This document shows positions 36,801 to 45,619 of a stretch of 64,000 nt of DNA, in pieces (position 1 is the stretch's first letter; the number at the start of each line of letters is the position of its first letter). The notes under the pieces were generated by a model, which was not told the origin of the DNA, did not search any database, and saw nothing but the letters and a program-made list of their open reading frames with translations. Position numbers and translations under genes: made by a program. Origin of the DNA: a bacterium (GTDB taxonomy: Bacteria; CSSED10-310; JAFGSJ01); contig JAFGSJ010000104.1 in assembly GCA_016934675.1 (NCBI GenBank), forward strand, positions 10,861 to 74,860. Direction: 5' to 3'.

Positions 36801-37396
36801 ACGACATTTCGGAGTTCTACTATCCTGATATCAGGGTTTTTTTGGGAAGGGAGGCCAGTGAGGAAGAAGCGAAAAAGCTGGATAGTTCAGTACAGGGAAT
36901 ACACTTTGCCTGTCATGGTTATCTCGATCAGCTGTTTCCCCTTAATTCGGGCCTTATTCTATCAATACCCGAGCACGACGATCAGATGCACGAGAATGGG
37001 GTCCTTCAGGCCTGGGAGATATTTGAATCCCTGCGGATCGATGCTGATCTTGTGACCCTGTCGGCCTGCCAGACCGGATTGGGCAAGGACCGGGGCGGAG
37101 AAGGATTGATCGGATTGACCCGGGCTTTTCTCTATGCCGGTGCCAAATCAGTCGTATCGACTTTATGGTCCGTGGCCGACCAAAGTACCACAGAGTTTAT
37201 GAAAATCTTTTACCAGTATCGTTCCCAAGGTCTGTCAAATGCTCAGGCGCTGCACATGGCCCAAAAATCCTTCATCACGAATCCCGTTCCCGCCCGATCT
37301 GAAAACAAAGCGTCCCCCTCCCCCTCAGAAAACTCCGCGGACTACTCACACCCGTTTTATTGGGCGGGCTTCATACTGAACGGCGACTATGAATAG
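33866..37396 (+). CDS. exported PDZ-TPR-CHAT domain protein (caspase-like protease family)
   Basis: A signal-like segment (VFLIELWVMILLAPASQG) is followed by a PDZ-like GLGLAAGLKPGDVLLAW and many TPR units (LNNLG..., A..YY..AL.I). The C-terminal CHAT domain has His in IHFACHGY (36914-36916) and Cys in LSACQTG (37067-37069). ATG 33866 has GGGAGGAG 5 nt upstream. Confidence 0.9.
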   Translation: MKSISVRARRRSVFLIELWVMILLAPASQGLVLAGERSGVIVREVREDGLGLAAGLKPGDVLLAWKRLPNPPSNPEKEKGKIRTHFDWLWLSREQAFRGPVELRFSREGKRMKTVLPRGEWGIIVIPNLLDTELQMYNTGRELFSKGSFDQAVTHFNGMIREYTSKKQWYLASFIAFMVGHQSMKVQNFEQARQAYLEAISFARKRQDAIAMSEIYDILAKAFLRENNLESAIGAFESARDIRKKLWGACIAYADSANYIGQILLVQEKYDQVEQLYRENLEIMTKRAPGTMKEAWSYGNLGVISMKTRKLDEALGYYQKALEIFTTIDPESAEVAFTLNNLGAVAWHRGDIDTAADYFVQALAIKRKISPGSKDVASTLNNLGSLFWKRGDLSMAEKYYRESYDLYAKIMPESDLVAKLLMNRGVIACERGDLIAAEDYYKKSLNIFHAFAPNGIEEAGVSLNVANLAQTREDFDLSENYMRKALDIYRTALPNSLEYARALCNYGSLLMMQKRYEHAEDNYQQALALVERIARDSIEHGYILHGFGRFEYNRGRSDRAAELTEQAYQIMMKQAPESLAQADVLITLGQIALSRKALDKAEQYVAEASSLRRKLAPDSWLEAEAYHYLGCISRKKEDFTAALTYFELAVTALERQRRVWGREEELEKFSEQFAQYYRDLVEMQCRLGQNETAFHTLERFRARSLLSMITERDLDFSVDVPHDLVLRQKELNAQYDLVQEQLGQISAQREPEKTEALLKELQSLKSEQDDLKEAMHGASRRFSALNYPEPLNLRETQTIIGPDTLFVSYCTGDEAIQLFALYGNSMEVYSISCPRHELHEAVLSFRNMLARPHEKSDLVLKKGRSLFRQLLGPVQDRIPDARNIVVCADGPLHYLPFSALVTEDDAWLAEIKPISYIISATVYAEAKKAERSEEHALAMMLFGDPHYPENRQESGDHTVRSVGNKLSLSALPATRDEVHDISEFYYPDIRVFLGREASEEEAKKLDSSVQGIHFACHGYLDQLFPLNSGLILSIPEHDDQMHENGVLQAWEIFESLRIDADLVTLSACQTGLGKDRGGEGLIGLTRAFLYAGAKSVVSTLWSVADQSTTEFMKIFYQYRSQGLSNAQALHMAQKSFITNPVPARSENKASPSPSENSADYSHPFYWAGFILNGDYE

Positions 37397-37399
37397 AGA

Positions 37400-38842
37400 C
37401 TAGGGCGTATAAAAGTAGACCCGGTCCTCGGGGCTTCCGGTCGCTCCGGTCTGCATATTGGCAGCAAAGAGGTCGAGATATCCATCGTCGTTCAAATCGC
37501 CCAGAGCGCCACTGACCGTATAACTGATCCCGAGCCGCATCCCCGTATCGTAAAATTGACCCAATCCGTTGTTCTGATAGACCCGGTCCGGTTCTTCATA
37601 GGCATTGGCAAAATAGATGTCCAGATCGCCGTCCCGGTCGATATCTCCCAAAGTCACGCCGATTCCGTAGGGGCTGTTCAGTTCCTGACCGCTGTCCGAA
37701 TAGTGTGCCTGACCGTCATTGAGCCAGACCCGGTTGATCAGGCCGGCCAGATTGGCCGTGACCGCATCGAGGTCGTTATCGCCGTCCACATCGCCCAAGG
37801 CCACTTCGAATGTTCTTTCTTCGCCAATATCCTGTCCACTATCGCTGAAGACACCGTTCCCGTTATTGAGCCAGACCTTGTTGGGCGCACCGAGCTCGTT
37901 GGTTGGGCCGTCATTAGCCACAAAAGCATCGAGGTCTCCGTCCCCGTCCAGATCTCCGAGTTGGACAAAAAGGCTTTCGGCATTACCGAGACTTTGGCCG
38001 CTATCAGTGAAAAAGGCCTGTCCGTCGTTAAAGTAAACTGAGTTCGGGCCGGAACGGTTCGCAATGAAAGCATCGAGGTCTCCATCCTTATCAAGGTCTC
38101 CCAGGGCGATACCCCAGGCATTGACAGGGGTAAGGTTTTGGCCCGAGTGGCTTAGAGAGCCATTTCCATCGTTGAGCCAGATCGTGTTTGGTCGTGATCC
38201 TCCCATACAGATCGTGAAGACGTCCGGGTCCGTGTCGCCATCGAGGTCACCTACGGCCAGTTCGGAATTCGCATCCGATTGTCCCCAATATTGGGCAAAG
38301 ATGAGGTTTCCGCTCCCGTCATTCAGCCACAATTCGTTATATGATGAGACACAGGCGACCAGGACATCGAGGTCTCCATCCGTGTCCATGTCTGCCATTT
38401 CAACACCGTAACTCATTGAAGAATTGATATATTGACCGGAATCGATCAAGGTCCCGAAGGGTCTCAAGGTGATGGTGCCGGCGTCGACAGTGGCCCCTGC
38501 CGGTGCATCGAAGACCTGACTGAAACCGTTACAGATAAATGTTCCGTCCTGTTCGAACGCACCGGCATGTACACGGTAATTCGATCCGGGCCTGACCTCA
38601 GTCAGGGTGGCACCGTGCTCCTCGAAAGCATACTCTTGCGGTCCCCAGACCAGCTTTCCTTCTTGATCGATCAGTCGCAGTGCGATGATCGAAACCTGTT
38701 GTTGAAACATGGAACTCGTAAATGTAAGTTGACAAATGACGTCAGTTGTCGTGTTCCGGTTCGTGTCATCCAGACAGCCAGTTATGGCTAAACCCAGTAT
38801 CATAGCCAGACCAACGAGTCTCATCTGGTGGCGGTTTTTCAT
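37400..38842 (-). CDS. FG-GAP/VCBS repeat lipoprotein
   Basis: The lipobox is LAITGC. There are at least six repeats of the type GDLDGDGDLDAFVAN...VWLNNGNG.F. GGAGGA lies 8 nt upstream. Confidence 0.85.
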   Translation of the reverse strand: MKNRHQMRLVGLAMILGLAITGCLDDTNRNTTTDVICQLTFTSSMFQQQVSIIALRLIDQEGKLVWGPQEYAFEEHGATLTEVRPGSNYRVHAGAFEQDGTFICNGFSQVFDAPAGATVDAGTITLRPFGTLIDSGQYINSSMSYGVEMADMDTDGDLDVLVACVSSYNELWLNDGSGNLIFAQYWGQSDANSELAVGDLDGDTDPDVFTICMGGSRPNTIWLNDGNGSLSHSGQNLTPVNAWGIALGDLDKDGDLDAFIANRSGPNSVYFNDGQAFFTDSGQSLGNAESLFVQLGDLDGDGDLDAFVANDGPTNELGAPNKVWLNNGNGVFSDSGQDIGEERTFEVALGDVDGDNDLDAVTANLAGLINRVWLNDGQAHYSDSGQELNSPYGIGVTLGDIDRDGDLDIYFANAYEEPDRVYQNNGLGQFYDTGMRLGISYTVSGALGDLNDDGYLDLFAANMQTGATGSPEDRVYFYTP

Positions 38843-38874
38843 GATTGTTATCCTCCGATAGATTTTTCAGGTTG

Positions 38875-39636
38875 TTACCACGAGACCGTGACCGTGGCAT
38901 TATCGTCGTCGGAACCGCTGTCCTGGGACAGGGCCATGGCGGTCCCACCGGCAACTACGGCCACCCCTGTCCAGACCCACCATTGTTTGTACCAGGCTTT
39001 TTTGCCCGAACTGGTCATGAATTCTTTAAGCCAATGAGCACTGATGGCCGGTTTATCCAATGATGACAAGGCCACGACCGCTCCCGCCCCACCGAATCGA
39101 AGTGACGATTCCACAACATCCAGGGTCAGATTGTCCTGGAAGCCCGGTAAGGTTTCCGGTGCTTCAGCTAACTCTGTCTTAAGGATAATGCTACCTTCGG
39201 ATTGGTCCGATTGCCAGGCCGGCAATTTCTGATCATCTTCGATCCGGCGCGTCATCCTCATTATCTTGGTCTTGAAGACGGCCTGCTCGTTATTGACGGC
39301 CAGGATCGAATAGTCAATCGTCTCGGTCTCGGGTGCAGGACTGGGCAGGTAACCATTGTAGAGGCCGTCCTTGCCCGTTTCCAGATCAATGAAGACAAAA
39401 TCCGCCTGATTCTGGGCTCGAAAATAGCACCGGACGATGGAAACTCCAACCGGATCGGTGACGCGTGCGCTTATAAGTATCCTGTGCCCGCTCAGATAGT
39501 ATTCCAGGGGATCATGGCCGATAACCAGTCCCGGTTTAGTCTCGTCTGCCCTGACGGTCACAGTAACCAGAAACATGAAACTCATGAGTGCTAATAGACC
39601 GAACATGCTGGACACGCTCTTCTGTAAATAGTTCAT
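38875..39636 (-). CDS. hypothetical exported protein with Ig-like domain and C-terminal TM segment
   Basis: 253 aa with a signal peptide. An I-x-H-x-P...YFR...Y.G.LP...IDYSI segment is present. The TM helix is WWVWTGVAVVAGGTAMAL. AAGGAG lies 8 nt upstream. Confidence 0.55.
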   Translation of the reverse strand: MNYLQKSVSSMFGLLALMSFMFLVTVTVRADETKPGLVIGHDPLEYYLSGHRILISARVTDPVGVSIVRCYFRAQNQADFVFIDLETGKDGLYNGYLPSPAPETETIDYSILAVNNEQAVFKTKIMRMTRRIEDDQKLPAWQSDQSEGSIILKTELAEAPETLPGFQDNLTLDVVESSLRFGGAGAVVALSSLDKPAISAHWLKEFMTSSGKKAWYKQWWVWTGVAVVAGGTAMALSQDSGSDDDNATVTVSW

Positions 39637-39676
39637 TCGCTGGACTCCTTGCTAGACAAAGTGAATAGCTTATGAA

Positions 39677-40900
39677 TCATTTCCGGATCTCAAGAACAAG
39701 TTGATATTTGTTGTGTTCTTTCATTGTGACGGCCTGGTTGATTGTTTGGTGATAAAGAGTGACGATCTCATCTGCAGCCGGTGTGACAAAGCCGGTAACC
39801 AGGATATACTGGGCCGAGGCGTCCTTTTCCGTCGGCAATTGAACGATACGGATTTGTTCGATACCGGCCAGTTTCGTTAAAACGTTTTGGGTTGTGAGGG
39901 CCTGTGATTTTCCGATGCCTTCGATAAATAAAATGGTTTCACGCGTATTTTCCGTTACAAATTGGGGAATCTTCCAGGACAAATATTCGGCGACATTACG
40001 GCCTGCTTTATCGATACAATCGCTGTATGCCTTGAGTTTTTGGGGGTGGGACACCTGAAAGCTTTCGTGCAGGGCATCGATCAATCGTCCGCTCGAGACA
40101 ATGATTGCTTTGGCACTGAACTCAGCCGTGACACTGAAAAGCTCGACCTGGTGGACCGAACTCGAATCATGAGCCAGCCGCAATGTTCCGACCAGGACCA
40201 GGTCAGCATTGGCCAATCGTCCTATTTCGACGGCCCGGGCCGTGACACCGGCTTTGGCCTGGGCCAGGCTTTCCGGACGTGCCAAATCCTGGGCCAAAAC
40301 ATCATCCGAGGTGATAACCTGGTAGCCATAGCGGGTAAAATGGTGCGAGAGCACTGTTTCAAAACCGCGGATGACAGTGGCCATGTCCCGGTCAGAGGTC
40401 TTGTCCTCTCCCGGGTCGAATGCGCCTGTTTCGGAGATGAACAGCAGGAGCCGGGGATTGTCGAGCAATTCCAGATAGAGCTTCAAGGGGCCCGGCGCAT
40501 CCGGTGAGATTTCACCCTGTTCGACAACCTTGGCCTGGATCGACACTTCATAGAGGCTGTCATCCCGTTCGGAAATCCCCTCCTGCAGAATGTGGTAATC
40601 GGTCACAAATCCATGCGAACGTCGGGCAACAATCTCACTCAGGCTGCTGATAGTGTCACGCAGCACAAAACTATCACTCTTGTTTTCCAGCTCGTGGAAG
40701 GTAGCCCGAGCATATGCAATCCTCAAGGCATTCAATCGAGATTGTTCCACCTTACCCTCGACAATGTGGGCACTGCCCTCGCTTGTAATCGTGATCACCG
40801 TCGGTCCGGTACCGCTGTCTTCGGCCTGACATACCGATCTCAAGTCTCCATCGATCAAGCCAAGCAGCATTACAAGCACGAAAAAAGAACATTTTTTCAT
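39677..40900 (-). CDS. FlgT/LPP20-like secreted protein (N-terminal LPP20/FlgT_N-like domain)
   Basis: 407 aa with a signal peptide. EGSAHIVEGKVEQSRLNALRIAYARA...GFVTDYHILQEG...LYEVSIQAKVV matches the LPP20/FlgT_N pattern by eye. Its ATG overlaps the upstream stop (ATGA). Confidence 0.45.
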   Translation of the reverse strand: MKKCSFFVLVMLLGLIDGDLRSVCQAEDSGTGPTVITITSEGSAHIVEGKVEQSRLNALRIAYARATFHELENKSDSFVLRDTISSLSEIVARRSHGFVTDYHILQEGISERDDSLYEVSIQAKVVEQGEISPDAPGPLKLYLELLDNPRLLLFISETGAFDPGEDKTSDRDMATVIRGFETVLSHHFTRYGYQVITSDDVLAQDLARPESLAQAKAGVTARAVEIGRLANADLVLVGTLRLAHDSSSVHQVELFSVTAEFSAKAIIVSSGRLIDALHESFQVSHPQKLKAYSDCIDKAGRNVAEYLSWKIPQFVTENTRETILFIEGIGKSQALTTQNVLTKLAGIEQIRIVQLPTEKDASAQYILVTGFVTPAADEIVTLYHQTINQAVTMKEHNKYQLVLEIRK

Positions 40901-41583
40901 GATTTCCTCGTCTCGACAAAATTGTTGATCAATTGGCTCAGAGCCGCAGAAATGGCCCTCTCGAGGGCTTCATTAGCTGAAGCCGGGTCCCAGGACCCGG
41001 TTTGACCGCCGAGCGCTCCGCCCTGAATCGTTTGGACCGCCTTGGCCTCACCACGGCCCTGACTGACATATTCGCCGGATCGACTGTCCTGTAAGAGCAG
41101 ATCGACCCGGATACTGGTTTCATAAGTTTTAGCCTTTGATAAGGCACTGACCTGTGATCTTTGAGTAACGTCGAAACGGGTTAAAGCCCCAGACAGAAAA
41201 TACTCACATAACAATATTTTCTGAGCGTCGGCCCGCTTATCATTTTCTTTGATCAAGGAGCAGTTTTTCAGGACTTCCCGGTCAAAGAGCTGCTTCATTT
41301 TTTCCCACTCGACCACGCGAAAATAGCCGGCTTTGATCATTTCTGATATAAGCATTTCGGCCGATGTTTCCCAGAGTTTATCGGCGGCAAAGGTGCTTTT
41401 GTTTTCGAAGCCGATCAGAGCAACCAGGTCTTTGGACGTCGGTGGTGGCGGGATAGCCAGGACCGTATCACCGCTGATCACGGGTCCAACGGGATGCTTG
41501 GCTGAACAACCCGTTATGGCCAGAATTAAACACAACATGCCTGAAAGAACCATGTGCAAGAACAGTGAGTGTTTGTGTCTCAT
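40897..41583 (-). CDS. CsgG-family-like outer membrane lipoprotein
   Basis: The lipobox is LAITGC. LVALIGFENKS...SAEMLISEMIKAGYFRVVEWEKMKQLFDRE..., FLSGALTRFD and SIRVDLLLQDSRSGEYV align by eye to the CsgG fold motifs (xVxxFxNxT..., ERxxLxxLxxE, GxIxxFE, RxVxVxTGE). Confidence 0.65.
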   Translation of the reverse strand: MRHKHSLFLHMVLSGMLCLILAITGCSAKHPVGPVISGDTVLAIPPPPTSKDLVALIGFENKSTFAADKLWETSAEMLISEMIKAGYFRVVEWEKMKQLFDREVLKNCSLIKENDKRADAQKILLCEYFLSGALTRFDVTQRSQVSALSKAKTYETSIRVDLLLQDSRSGEYVSQGRGEAKAVQTIQGGALGGQTGSWDPASANEALERAISAALSQLINNFVETRKS

Positions 41584-42305
41584 TTTTCCTCCAGTGTCGG
41601 TTCAGATGAAGGAGATATTTCAACAGGTTGGGCCCGCTCAAAGAAATTATCCGGGGAAACAATGACCGGGCCGGTAGGTAGCGTCCGAAACATTTCCTGG
41701 ACCAGCCAGGCAATACGTTTAGTTCGATCTGCCCCTTCATGGACCAGCGTCGTCAGAAGCATATTGAAGGGGTCCAATTGCCATTGCCGATGTGCGGTCC
41801 GGAACTGTTCGCAGCGCCACAAGACGTGTCCGGAACGACAATCCGTGAGTTCGAGTGAGCAGGAGACCACGATCGCATCATAGAGCAGGCCATGCTGGGC
41901 AGCAGATTGATTGACCTGACCCCGAATCACGGCATCGCATTGAAGCTCGCGGCCCAATTTCTGGTACGATATTCCCGCCAGTTGTTCCGGGGTCTGAATG
42001 CCTAATTTGAGCATGACGGCTTGCACGTGGCCAGCGTCTGTCTTTTGATAACCTTTGGCCACGATGCGCTGATAGACTTCCTGTTGCAGTGTTTTTTCGA
42101 CATCCGGCTCGAGCGACATGTTAACCATGGGTAAGACCGCGATCATGGCAGGTCTCAAGGCTGTGTAGTCCGGATGCAGCCACCATTCTTCGCGGGACAG
42201 GTCTTTACCGGGTTCGGCCCCACGACTGTTCTGTATCCCCGCCAGCAAGCAGACGCCCAATAATCCTGCCAGGAGCACACCCTGTGATCGTTTTGTACAC
42301 GTCAT
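41580..42305 (-). CDS. DUF799 (GNA1162-like) lipoprotein family protein
   Basis: It has a signal sequence. IAVLPMVNMSLEPDV...VAKGYQ..., CDAVIRGQVN and LELTDCRSGHVLW fit the DUF799 pattern. Its stop overlaps the CsgG-like start. Confidence 0.55.
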   Translation of the reverse strand: MTCTKRSQGVLLAGLLGVCLLAGIQNSRGAEPGKDLSREEWWLHPDYTALRPAMIAVLPMVNMSLEPDVEKTLQQEVYQRIVAKGYQKTDAGHVQAVMLKLGIQTPEQLAGISYQKLGRELQCDAVIRGQVNQSAAQHGLLYDAIVVSCSLELTDCRSGHVLWRCEQFRTAHRQWQLDPFNMLLTTLVHEGADRTKRIAWLVQEMFRTLPTGPVIVSPDNFFERAQPVEISPSSEPTLEEK

Positions 42306-42317
42306 GGCCTGGTAATG

Positions 42318-45300
42318 TTAATCTTTGATTTCCAGTTTATCAAGAAGGACCTGGACCGCTTTTTCAAGTTGCAGGTCCTTGTTCTCGAGCAGAGAATTCG
42401 GATCGTTCTCGATATAAATATCCGGTGGAACACCATAATTCTCGAGGTCTGTGCCCTCGAGTCCAAACCAGCCTGTGCCCGGTAAGCGCAGGTGGGAACC
42501 ATCGATCAGGGTAATCCCGCCCGTACCGATTACACCACCGGCCGTGGGCATACCCACGATGGTCCCGAGCTGACGTTCCCGGAAAGCATGCGGGAAAACC
42601 TCGGCATCGCTGAAGGAGTTCTGGTTGATCAGCAGGACAATGGGCCCGGGCCATGTCTTCTGGGGTTGTTGCTTTCTGACATTATGGCGATCGTGGGCAT
42701 AGGCAAATGGTCTTCGCTCAAGAATATCGATCAGTTGCTCATGTATATTACCACCACCATTGTCCCTCACATCCAGGACCAACCCCTGACAATGCTCGAA
42801 TTCATAATAGAGCGAACGTTCGAATTTTTTAAGGCAATCATGGCTCATCCATCTGATATGGTGATATGCCACACGGCCCTTCGAGAGCTGTTTCACCAAT
42901 TCCTTGCGCCGATCGGTTTCGTTCTCATAGAGCAGGTCCAGATATTGGCCCAATCCGAGCGGGACCAGCGTTACCGTTCGGGCACCGTCAACGGTCGGTT
43001 TCGTGTGGACCAGCAATTCCGTCAGTCGGCCCACCGTACCGTTCAGAAAACGGAAAAAATTGTCATCAGTGTGGACCGGATTGTTATTGATGGCCAGAAT
43101 GTAATCGCCGGATCTGATCGGCCCTTGCGTGATTTTATCATCAGCCGGACTGTCCTTGACTATGGTTGTAACTCGGAAAAAACCCGCCTCGGTCGGCTCA
43201 ACCGAAAAACCGGGATAACCCGTGGGCTGCGCAGGACCACCTGTTGGTGACCAGATGCCCAGGTGCGAAGCATCGAGTTCTCCATACATATCCTGAATGA
43301 GTTCGTGAAAATCGTTCGTCCAGGCAATATGGTCCAGCATAGGTTCATATTTTTCATAGATCGAGGGCCAATCGGTCCCATGCATGGTCGAGTCATAAAA
43401 ATAATCGCGTAATCCTCGCCAACTTTCACGATACATCTGCTCGAAGCGGGCCTGCCGTTCATAATCGAGTGGTACGGCGAAGGGGACCGCTTTGACTTCA
43501 CCGGAAGCAAGGGCCACCCGATGTAATTGATCGGCGTTCAAAAAGTAGATCATCGTCGAGTCCGGTGACCAGAAGGGAACATCATCATAAAAAGTGCGAT
43601 TGTGATCGGGTGCGTTATTGATTGTATCGACATTGAGCCCCGAGGTATGTTGCTTTTCATCTTTGCCGGAGAGGGCTATTGACCAGATATCATTACCTTT
43701 ACCCTGCTCTTTGGCGCAGGTGAAGGCGATCCTGGACCCGTCGGGTGACAGGGCGAAATTACTGGTATCACTGGGCAGGTTGGTAATTTTTCGGACACGT
43801 TTATCGATATTCTCGAGCACGAATTGTATGTCGATGTTTTTGGTCGTGTTCTCTTTTTTTTCAGGGCTCGATGCTGCTGTTGCACTCGCACCTGCAACCT
43901 TTTCCCAATCGTTTTCCTTGCGCTGATAGTCCGGATCGTCAGGGTCAGGCTCATTGGTCAGTCGCAGTAGCCAGACATTCCACTTTTCATCACGATCGGA
44001 CAGGAACAGCATTCTTTTGCCATCGGGGTGCCAGGTCGGGACCATATCATGCCCGCGCCGGTCCCTGGTCAGGTCTATCGGTTCCCCACCATTGACCGAA
44101 ACGATGAAAATGTTACCCATACTGTTTTCATCATGCTTTTCATACGCGATCCAACGGCTATCCGGTGACCAGGTCGGCGTATATAATTCCGGTCCATGGA
44201 CGAGTAACTTGGGTTGTTTTCCCCCACGAGCCGGGATGAGATACAGGTCCTCGGGAACGTCCTGAAAAGCAAGCCATTGACCATCCGGTGACCAGCACAC
44301 ATCGACAATATCGCGGTCCTTGAAAAAGGTGATCTGCTCGAGGTCCGTGCCCAGGTGCGAGATTCTCCAGATATTCCTGGTCCCGTCCCGGTCAGAGATA
44401 AATGCCAGACTCAGACCGTCTGGCGACCAGACCGGACGATAATCACGGGCAGCACTCGTAGTCAGACGTCGATAATCCCGACTCGAGTACTCGGGATCGG
44501 CGTTAATCATGACCAGCTCTCCCTGAACGCTGAAACACAGCCTTTTTCCGTCAGGCGCCAGGCTGGGAACATTCGGTCCACTGGTTGCGGACAGATACTC
44601 GACCTGGTCTCCGGCCTGATCACAAAAAGCCTCGATTTGCACTTGATGTGGTTCTATTGAGTCGCCCGTGATGACCCACAGGCCGAAATCATAGGCATAG
44701 ACCAGGGTCTGGTCATCAGAGGATACATCCAGAAAATCAATGCCGTCCCGATCATGTCTGGTCACCTGTTGGGTCTGACCAGTCCGCGGGTCGAGTGACC
44801 ATATATTGAAAAATCCGTCCCGATCAGAAAGAAAATGAATCTGTTCCGGACTGGTCCAATGTGGGTACAGGTCATTGCCATTATACTCGGTCAGACGGGA
44901 ATGCGAGCCGGCCTGATTGACCAGCCACAAGTCGGCATTGGCCGAACCATTATAACCTTTGCGCCATGAATGCTCACCCAATCTGAAATAAACCATTTCC
45001 GAACCATCGGGTGACATGGTCCCGTAACGGGCCTCGGTCCAGGTCAATTGTTCCGGTGTGCCACCCTTGATCGAGACCCGGTACATCTCACTCTGGTCTT
45101 TAAATCGTCCCCAGGAATAAAAGAGCACATTTTGACTGTCCGGCGTCCAGCCGGTCACCCAGTCACCACTCGAGTGCCAGGTCAAGCGTTTGGCTTTTCC
45201 GCCTCGTGCAGGCATAATATACACATCATCATTGCCTTCTCGCTCGGACGTAAAAGCGAGCCATTGACCATCCGGCGACCAGGCCGGATTCGTATCATAA

Positions 45301-45503
45301 CCCTGATGTATGGTGAGTCGCGTGGCGGTGCCGCCGGTTACGGGCACGGTCCAGAGATCACCGAGATAGGAAAAACAGATCAGACTTCCATCAGCCGAAA
45401 GGGCAGGTTTCCGCGCACCCATCACCATTTCTGCTCCAAGCTCTTGTCCGCCCCACATTGCCAACCCTAACATCATCCACAATACAATTCTGTTCTTGTT
45501 CAT
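42318..45503 (-). CDS. tricorn protease homolog (beta-propellers + PDZ + S41 peptidase)
   Basis: It has a signal peptide and repeated TolB/WD40-like blades (SPDG...A.F.SDR.G..N.W). The PDZ-like segment is SGDYILAINN. The S41-type active-site region is VLLINQNSFSDAEVFPHAF...GMPTAGG. ATG 45503 is chosen over 45587. Confidence 0.85.
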   Translation of the reverse strand: MNKNRIVLWMMLGLAMWGGQELGAEMVMGARKPALSADGSLICFSYLGDLWTVPVTGGTATRLTIHQGYDTNPAWSPDGQWLAFTSEREGNDDVYIMPARGGKAKRLTWHSSGDWVTGWTPDSQNVLFYSWGRFKDQSEMYRVSIKGGTPEQLTWTEARYGTMSPDGSEMVYFRLGEHSWRKGYNGSANADLWLVNQAGSHSRLTEYNGNDLYPHWTSPEQIHFLSDRDGFFNIWSLDPRTGQTQQVTRHDRDGIDFLDVSSDDQTLVYAYDFGLWVITGDSIEPHQVQIEAFCDQAGDQVEYLSATSGPNVPSLAPDGKRLCFSVQGELVMINADPEYSSRDYRRLTTSAARDYRPVWSPDGLSLAFISDRDGTRNIWRISHLGTDLEQITFFKDRDIVDVCWSPDGQWLAFQDVPEDLYLIPARGGKQPKLLVHGPELYTPTWSPDSRWIAYEKHDENSMGNIFIVSVNGGEPIDLTRDRRGHDMVPTWHPDGKRMLFLSDRDEKWNVWLLRLTNEPDPDDPDYQRKENDWEKVAGASATAASSPEKKENTTKNIDIQFVLENIDKRVRKITNLPSDTSNFALSPDGSRIAFTCAKEQGKGNDIWSIALSGKDEKQHTSGLNVDTINNAPDHNRTFYDDVPFWSPDSTMIYFLNADQLHRVALASGEVKAVPFAVPLDYERQARFEQMYRESWRGLRDYFYDSTMHGTDWPSIYEKYEPMLDHIAWTNDFHELIQDMYGELDASHLGIWSPTGGPAQPTGYPGFSVEPTEAGFFRVTTIVKDSPADDKITQGPIRSGDYILAINNNPVHTDDNFFRFLNGTVGRLTELLVHTKPTVDGARTVTLVPLGLGQYLDLLYENETDRRKELVKQLSKGRVAYHHIRWMSHDCLKKFERSLYYEFEHCQGLVLDVRDNGGGNIHEQLIDILERRPFAYAHDRHNVRKQQPQKTWPGPIVLLINQNSFSDAEVFPHAFRERQLGTIVGMPTAGGVIGTGGITLIDGSHLRLPGTGWFGLEGTDLENYGVPPDIYIENDPNSLLENKDLQLEKAVQVLLDKLEIKD

Positions 45504-45619
45504 AGCGATCCTTTTCTTCGTATCACGCCGTCGAATGAATCCAGACAAATGCACAGACCCTTCTTGAAACTCGACCGAAGGTTTCATTTCCAGCTCGTCA
45601 GTCTAATAATGTCGTTTGT

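Noticed and set aside
33866-37396. TPR-CHAT protein as part of a type III-E CRISPR (Craspase-like) system
   Set aside because: There is no CRISPR array, no gRAMP/Cas7-11 and no other cas gene in the window. The protein also carries a signal-like N-terminus and a PDZ module.
37556-38411. Long plus-strand ORFs (161, 105 and 115 aa) antisense to the FG-GAP gene
   Set aside because: They lie entirely inside a strongly supported repeat-protein CDS. The periodic GAT/GGC-rich repeats keep the opposite strand open, and the translations are low-complexity Ser/Pro/Arg strings with no start context.
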